Shown piece after piece: positions 58,763-64,000 of a stretch of 64,000 nt of DNA. Numbering within the stretch: the first letter of the stretch is position 1; each line of letters starts with the position of its first letter. The notes beneath the pieces were generated by a model that saw only the letters and a program-made list of their open reading frames with translations, was not told the DNA's origin and did no database searches. The stretch comes from an uncultured Erysipelotrichaceae bacterium (GTDB lineage Bacteria; Bacillota_I; Bacilli_A; RFN20; CAG-826). The DNA is taken from positions 122,907 to 186,906 of the forward strand of contig CADCFC010000001.1 in NCBI GenBank assembly GCA_902800645.1, read 5' to 3'. The translations under genes and the position numbers were made by a program.

Positions 58763-59959
58763 TTATAGTTTAAAATCGATTTGATTTATCAATCTAGCTT
58801 TTGTCTTTTCAAATTCCTCGCTTTGTAATGAATACTCAAGCATCTTTGTGAAAGTTTGTTTAAGAAAGATTGAGATGCATAGGTATACGAGAACATAAGT
58901 GATATTGATAACTCTAGTTATCATCATCATAAGAACAATCGTGAGCAAGATAACCGCAACCTCTAAATAGGTATAGGTATTCTTGTTAAATCCAATTTGA
59001 TATGCGACATCATGAGCGTCTCTACTTTTTGTCTTGAACTGAAAGTCAGTCTCTACTTCCACTACTTCATTTTCTTTTTCGATGATTTCTATTGACTTAT
59101 TTTTAAAGTATGGCTTATAGAAAAATACATCAATAACCGCTAAAGCAAGTGGGAGAAAAATGTAAATCATGTTTAGCGAATCATTGATAACTGTAATTAT
59201 AGAGACGAATGTAGCGATTAAAGTTGCCCCGATAAAATTGGGCGTTGTCGATAAAGCGTGGTATCGATAGTTTTCAATCGTTTTATAAAGTTCTAAATAA
59301 TTCAGATTTTCTCTTCTAAAGTCATACTCGTAAATATTGTCATCCATTCTTTTCATCGCGTTAACTAATTGCCATCTAAATATGATCTCAAAGATAACGA
59401 ATAAGGCAAAGAATGCAATTGGAAGGAAATAGATTGTCTTGTCGCTTACAAAGTAAGCGCCTAAAAGAAGCGAGATTCCACTAATAACTTGCAAGATTGG
59501 GAGAATAATCTTGTCTCGCGTATCAACGAAATCAGGGTAAATGATTTCACATTTCTTCTTTTTAGGCTCTTCTTCTGCTATCAGTGCTCTACCATTCCAT
59601 TCATCTAAAAATATTTCTGTTGATATTCGATGTTTACCAACCGAAGGATCATAAACTGTCACGTATTTTGGATTTGCTTTAAGAATGAGAACCGCGTGTT
59701 TTATTCCCTTTTTTCTTTCAAGGGTGATGATGAATGGAAATTTCTTACACGAATAAAGTTCCTTTGGGTCAGTAACTTTGACCCCGAGAAGTTTTAAATC
59801 ATAAATGCCGGCAATCTTTATCAACTCTAAAAAACTATAAGGACGATCTTCTGGGCACTGAAGATAAAGATAGTTTTTATCGCGATGATAATTTGCGAGC
59901 ATCATTTTTAAGCAAGCAAAGGCGCAATCATGCTTGCCTAACTGTGATATAAAATACAT
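58763..59959 (-). CDS. Peptidase C39-domain protein fused to an ABC-type transmembrane domain but lacking a nucleotide-binding domain (truncated PCAT-like)
   Basis: N-terminal 130 aa align with the bacteriocin-processing C39 fold: Q-x4-DC-x2-AC-L (ISQLGKHDCAFACLKMML), catalytic His context HAVLIL, DPSVG, and W.G. Then 5-6 TM helices follow. The protein stops about 25 aa after the last helix. Strong SD AGGAGG. Confidence 0.6.
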   Translation of the reverse strand: MYFISQLGKHDCAFACLKMMLANYHRDKNYLYLQCPEDRPYSFLELIKIAGIYDLKLLGVKVTDPKELYSCKKFPFIITLERKKGIKHAVLILKANPKYVTVYDPSVGKHRISTEIFLDEWNGRALIAEEEPKKKKCEIIYPDFVDTRDKIILPILQVISGISLLLGAYFVSDKTIYFLPIAFFALFVIFEIIFRWQLVNAMKRMDDNIYEYDFRRENLNYLELYKTIENYRYHALSTTPNFIGATLIATFVSIITVINDSLNMIYIFLPLALAVIDVFFYKPYFKNKSIEIIEKENEVVEVETDFQFKTKSRDAHDVAYQIGFNKNTYTYLEVAVILLTIVLMMMITRVINITYVLVYLCISIFLKQTFTKMLEYSLQSEEFEKTKARLINQIDFKL

Positions 59960-60132
59960 AATTCCTCCTATTCCGGGACAATTTTTGCCCCTTCATTACT
60001 TAAATAGGGTGGAAAGATAAAAAACTTTATTTTTAATTTTTGTTAGTTCTTTGAACTAAAAAATTTTTATAGAAACAAAAAAAGCAGTGAAATATTCATC
60101 GCTAGTAAAGAAAAGTCCTTCACGAGGAAGAA

Positions 60133-61266
60133 CTATTTCTTAAATTTCTTTTTAAACTTTTCAAATAAGGAATCGCTATCTTTGCTCACATCTTTATAAG
60201 CTTGAAGCGCTTCTTTTTGTTTTTTTGTTAATGATGTTGGTCCTTTAATATCTAAGTGGATATATTGGTCACCAGGTTTACCAGTTCTCAAATCTTTAAT
60301 ACCTTGGCCTTTAAGTCTTAAGACTTGACCAGGTTGAGTGCCTTCAGGAACAGTGACAATCATTTCTCCGTAGACTGTAGGGACTTCAATCTTGGTTCCT
60401 AAAATCGCATCGACGAAATCAAGAGGTACTTCTAGATGGATATCATTTCTTTCGCGCTTGAAGTATGGATGTTCTTTAACATTAATCTCAACATAGAGAT
60501 CTCCGTGTTCTCCACCATTTTTTCCAGCGCCACCCATTCCTTGAAGTCTAATTTGTTGACCATTATTAATACCAACCGGTATATGAATCTTGGTTGTCTT
60601 TTTAATACGTTTAGTACCGCTGCCACCACAGACAGAGCATTTCTTTGAAATGGTCTTTCCACTGCCACCACAATCAGGACACACCGTTTCAGTATTCACA
60701 GTGCCGAATAAGCTTCTTGTTTGTCGAGTAACAGATCCGCGTCCATGACATGTACTACAAGTTTTAATATCGCTTGGACTTTCCGCTCCGCTTCCGTGGC
60801 AATGAGGACAATCATCATCAAAATCAAATTGAATCTCTTCGTCTTTTCCATTGACTACGTCCATGAAATCAACGCGCAATCGCATTAATACATCATCGCC
60901 TCTAATCGGGCCAGTCTGTCTTCTTGAAGAACTTCTTCCTCCACCAAAGAATTGTGAGAAGATGTCTCCTAAATTAATATCTTCACCAGAGAATCCGCTA
61001 AATCCACCAAATGGGTTTCCACCAGCAGGGCCTCCTCCGGTTTGCTCAAATGCCGCATGACCAAACTGGTCATATGCACTACGTTTTTGGTCATCATAAA
61101 GGATGTCATATGCTTCTTGAACTTCCTTAAACTTGGTTTCATCGCCTGTCTCTTTATTATCAGGATGATACTTTTTTGCAAGTTTACGGTAGCTCGATTT
61201 GATTTCGTCTTTGGAAGCAGTTTTACTCACTCCAAGGATTTCATAATAATCTCTTTTTGTTGCCAT
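60133..61266 (-). CDS. dnaJ: Chaperone DnaJ
   Basis: J domain with HPD, G/F region, four CxxCxGxG repeats and a C-terminal domain. Confidence 0.95.
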   Translation of the reverse strand: MATKRDYYEILGVSKTASKDEIKSSYRKLAKKYHPDNKETGDETKFKEVQEAYDILYDDQKRSAYDQFGHAAFEQTGGGPAGGNPFGGFSGFSGEDINLGDIFSQFFGGGRSSSRRQTGPIRGDDVLMRLRVDFMDVVNGKDEEIQFDFDDDCPHCHGSGAESPSDIKTCSTCHGRGSVTRQTRSLFGTVNTETVCPDCGGSGKTISKKCSVCGGSGTKRIKKTTKIHIPVGINNGQQIRLQGMGGAGKNGGEHGDLYVEINVKEHPYFKRERNDIHLEVPLDFVDAILGTKIEVPTVYGEMIVTVPEGTQPGQVLRLKGQGIKDLRTGKPGDQYIHLDIKGPTSLTKKQKEALQAYKDVSKDSDSLFEKFKKKFKK

Positions 61267-61292
61267 ATTGATCCTTTCTATTCGCCACTAAA

Positions 61293-61308
61293 GAGGGCAA
61301 CTGCCCTC
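61293..61308 (-). terminator. Hairpin GAGGGC-aact-GCCCTC between dnaK and dnaJ (possible partial terminator/attenuator)
   Basis: GC-rich 6-bp stem 25 nt downstream of the dnaK stop. It is followed by only a short U tract on the transcribed strand. Confidence 0.35.
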
Positions 61309-61333
61309 CTTGTGGTAAATTGTTGTTAAATTA

Positions 61334-63154
61334 TTAAGCTTTATTCTTGTCAGAGAAATCAGCGTCAACGACATCATCAGGATTGCTTCCTGGGGTCGCT
61401 CCTTCATTTGGTTTTGCCCCACCAGCTTGAGCGTTAGCCATATAAGCAGCAGCTTGTTCAAGCTCAGAGATACGTTTCTTAAGTGTTTCGATGTCGTTAT
61501 TATCTAAAGCAGTCTTAAGTTCATCTCTAAGTTTTTGAGTTTGCTCTTTTTGAGCTGGGTCGATAGAATCACCTTTCTCTTGTAAAGAGATGTCGATGTC
61601 ATTGATCAAAGTTTCTGCTTTATTTTTGATTTCGGTTTCTTCTTTACGTTTGGCGTCTGCTTCCGCGTTTTCTTCCGCTTCTCTTACCATTCTATCGATA
61701 TCTTCCTTAGAAAGACCGTTACTACCAGTAATAGTAATCTCTTGTTCTTTTTGTGTATCTAAGTCTTTAGCGGATACTTTAACGATACCGTTAACATCGA
61801 TTGAGAATGTGACTTCAATTCTTGGTTCACCACGTCTTGCTGGTTTAATACCAGTTAATTGGAAGTGACCTAAGAGTTTATTATCATGCGCCATTGGTCT
61901 TTCACCTTGGTAGACCATGATATCAACTGCAGGTTGATTGTCCGCAGCAGTTGAGAAGATTTGGCTTTGAGTGGTTGGAATTGTAGTATTTCTCTTAATG
62001 AGAGGAGTGAGAACTCCACCTAAAGTTTCAATACCTAAGGTTAATGGAGTGACATCGAGAAGAACGACATCTTTGACATCACCACTAACGACACCACCTT
62101 GATAAGCAGCACCGATAGAAACAGCTTCATCTGGGTTGACGGATAAGTTTGGTTTCTTACCTGTTAATTGAGCGACTAATTCTTGAACTGCTGGCATACG
62201 GATAGAACCACCGATTAATAAGACTTGATCGAGTTCGCTTGGTTTCATACCAGCATCGCTTAAAGCACGTCTAACAGGTTCTTCACATCTCTTTAAGAGA
62301 TGTCTTGTTAAATCTTGGAATTTAGCACGAGTTAAAGTTGTTTCAAAGTTAACAGGACCCGCACTAGTCATAGAAATGAATGGGAGAGAGACCACTGTTT
62401 CTAAGCTAGAAGATAATTCAATCTTTGCTTTTTCAGCAGCTTCTCTAATTCTTTGTAAGCTACCTTTATCAGTAATATCGATACCGTTTTCGATCTTAAT
62501 TTGTGCTTTGATGTAATCAGCAACGACTTGATCCCAGTCATCACCACCTAAGCGGTTATCACCAGCAGTAGAAACAACTTCAAATGTTCCATCTCCAATA
62601 TCAAGGATAGAGACATCGAATGTGCCACCACCTAAGTCGAACACTAAAATCTTCTCAGATTTTTCTGTTTGTAAACCATAGGCTAAAGCCGCAGCGGTTG
62701 GTTCGTTAATAATACGGACGACATCAAGTCCCGCGATTTGACCAGCGTCTTTAGTTGCTTGTCTTTGCGCATCGTTGAAGTAAGCTGGGACAGTAATAAC
62801 TGCCTTGTCTACTTTGTGACCGATATTTGTTTCAGCATATTTCTTCATGTAAGCAAGAATCTTTGCGGAGATTTCTTGTGGAGTGAAGTCCTTATTCACA
62901 CAGTTAATGTGAACTTTTTCTGCACTACCCATTTTTCTTTTAATAGAACTGACGGTGTCTGGGTTAGTAATTGCTTGTCTTTTAGCAGCGTTACCAACAA
63001 TTTCTTCACCACTTGCCTTGAAGGCAACAACAGATGGAGTAGTCATTGTTCCTTCTGGAGAAGGGATGACTTTAACAGTGCCATCAGCTTGTAAATAAGA
63101 GACAACTGAATTAGTTGTACCAAGGTCAATACCTAAGATAATTTCTTTTGCCAT
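61334..63154 (-). CDS. dnaK: Chaperone DnaK (Hsp70)
   Basis: [18 protein letters not shown], and substrate-binding and lid domains; 606 aa. Confidence 0.97.
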   Translation of the reverse strand: MAKEIILGIDLGTTNSVVSYLQADGTVKVIPSPEGTMTTPSVVAFKASGEEIVGNAAKRQAITNPDTVSSIKRKMGSAEKVHINCVNKDFTPQEISAKILAYMKKYAETNIGHKVDKAVITVPAYFNDAQRQATKDAGQIAGLDVVRIINEPTAAALAYGLQTEKSEKILVFDLGGGTFDVSILDIGDGTFEVVSTAGDNRLGGDDWDQVVADYIKAQIKIENGIDITDKGSLQRIREAAEKAKIELSSSLETVVSLPFISMTSAGPVNFETTLTRAKFQDLTRHLLKRCEEPVRRALSDAGMKPSELDQVLLIGGSIRMPAVQELVAQLTGKKPNLSVNPDEAVSIGAAYQGGVVSGDVKDVVLLDVTPLTLGIETLGGVLTPLIKRNTTIPTTQSQIFSTAADNQPAVDIMVYQGERPMAHDNKLLGHFQLTGIKPARRGEPRIEVTFSIDVNGIVKVSAKDLDTQKEQEITITGSNGLSKEDIDRMVREAEENAEADAKRKEETEIKNKAETLINDIDISLQEKGDSIDPAQKEQTQKLRDELKTALDNNDIETLKKRISELEQAAAYMANAQAGGAKPNEGATPGSNPDDVVDADFSDKNKA

Positions 63155-63166
63155 AATTTTTTCCTC

Positions 63167-63739
63167 CTATGCATCCATGTTTTCTTCGGATGTTTCTTTA
63201 TTTTCTTTATTTTCCTTTTCAAGAACGCTTACTTGTACCATCGCTGGGCGAATAATGCGATCATGAAGTTTGTAACCATTTCCATAAACCTTTGTAACGA
63301 GGTTTTCTCTTTCACCGACTACTGTATCAACAGCGTTCATCGTATTCGGATTAAACTTCTCATCAACCTTAGGTTGAATCTCAGCAACTCCTTCGTTTTC
63401 TAAGATTGTTACGAGATTGCGATAAACGTATTGGAAACCGGTGAGGTAATTCTTGAGCGCTGGATCGGTTGGCTCATTAGCGAGAGCCATATGGAAGCTA
63501 TCGAGTACAGGAAGTAATTCTTCAATGAATCCTTCACTACGATACTTAAGAGCTTCGCGATAATCTCTTTCGATATTATTTCTTAAGTTCTTCGTATCAG
63601 CGTAAGCACGATAGTATTCATTTTTCCAGTGTTCTGCATCCGCTTTTAGTTTTTCATTTTCTTCTAAAAGCTTATCGACTTTTTTCTTTTCTTTCTTTGA
63701 AAGATTTTCTTCTTCGTTAAGTTTAGTCTCTTCCACCAT
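63167..63739 (-). CDS. grpE: Nucleotide exchange factor GrpE
   Basis: Coiled-coil N-terminus and a conserved C-terminal beta domain; 190 aa. Confidence 0.9.
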   Translation of the reverse strand: MVEETKLNEEENLSKKEKKKVDKLLEENEKLKADAEHWKNEYYRAYADTKNLRNNIERDYREALKYRSEGFIEELLPVLDSFHMALANEPTDPALKNYLTGFQYVYRNLVTILENEGVAEIQPKVDEKFNPNTMNAVDTVVGERENLVTKVYGNGYKLHDRIIRPAMVQVSVLEKENKENKETSEENMDA

Positions 63740-64000
63740 TCGTGTGACCTCCTTTGTCGTTAAAGTATTTATCTAATTCCGAGGAGAGATACTCCAATGC
63801 GGAAAGAGCTTTGTCGTAATCCATTCTTTTTGGTCCGACCAATGTGATGGTGTTTTCACTATCGGGACCGATTTTGATTTTAGCAGTTACAAGAGCGACA
63901 TCTGGATTACCTTCAACATCGCCAATACTCACACCCATATCACTATCTTCTTCGATTTGATAATCTGCTTTCCTTAATAAGGAAGCATCATCTAAGAGCT
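63723..64000 (-). CDS. hrcA: Heat-inducible repressor HrcA, C-terminal part; the 5' end lies beyond the window
   Basis: The frame is open to the window edge. The tail ...ITLVGPKRMDYDKALSALEYLSSELDKYF matches the HrcA C-terminus (IGPTRMDY). The hrcA-grpE-dnaK-dnaJ order supports it. Confidence 0.7.
   Translation of the reverse strand, partial: LLDDASLLRKADYQIEEDSDMGVSIGDVEGNPDVALVTAKIKIGPDSENTITLVGPKRMDYDKALSALEYLSSELDKYFNDKGGHTNGGRD

Noticed and set aside
60851-61060. Pro-rich + strand ORF (69 aa)
   Set aside because: Antisense of the Gly/Phe-rich region of dnaJ. It is an artefact of GGN codons read as NCC.

Overview
The window is a 64 kb chromosomal segment from a low-GC (about one-third GC) Firmicutes/Mollicutes-type bacterium that uses the standard code (TGA is a stop and TGG is Trp). 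This together with the gene content makes an Acholeplasma- or Erysipelotrichia-like organism plausible. Gene order closely follows Bacillus subtilis synteny blocks: tig-lon-engB; rplU-prp-rpmA-obg; ruvAB-secDF-recJ-relA-hisS-aspS; nusB-xseAB-dxs; xerD-deoB; yqeG-yqeH-yhbY-nadD/yqeK; parE-parC next to plsY-yneF-efp; dnaG-sigA-trmK-nif3; and hrcA-grpE-dnaK-dnaJ ... ybeY-cdd-era-recO-glyQS. The window is almost entirely housekeeping genes. I found no CRISPR array, rRNA or tRNA genes, transposases or prophage.

The main non-coding observations are:
- **dif site and terminus.** A textbook XerCD dif site lies at 36694-36721. It sits beside a sharp switch in gene orientation near 34.1 kb (all genes on + to the left, almost all on - to the right) and xerD is close by, so this region is probably the replication terminus. 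A partial second dif-like copy lies at 30794-30821.
- **CRP/FNR regulon.** A perfect CRP/FNR-type box (TGTGA-N6-TCACG) lies between a Crp/Fnr-family regulator gene and a divergent ABC importer operon (binding protein plus permease) that has no ATPase gene.
- **Phased heptamer arrays.** The heptamer TACTAAT occurs as triple direct repeats with exact 11-bp phasing in at least four intergenic regions, plus one two-copy array.
- **valS leader.** A T-box riboswitch precedes valS; no other aminoacyl-tRNA synthetase gene in the window has one.
- **Structured leader.** A GC-rich leader with a long-range stem precedes a small membrane-protein ORF that is translationally coupled to radC.
- **Truncated PCAT.** A C39-peptidase plus transmembrane-domain protein that lacks an ATPase domain sits inside the dnaJ-ybeY operon.
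- **Other items.** A nadD-yqeK gene fusion; an rpmG (L33) gene that the ORF track missed; and several candidate operators and micro-ORFs.
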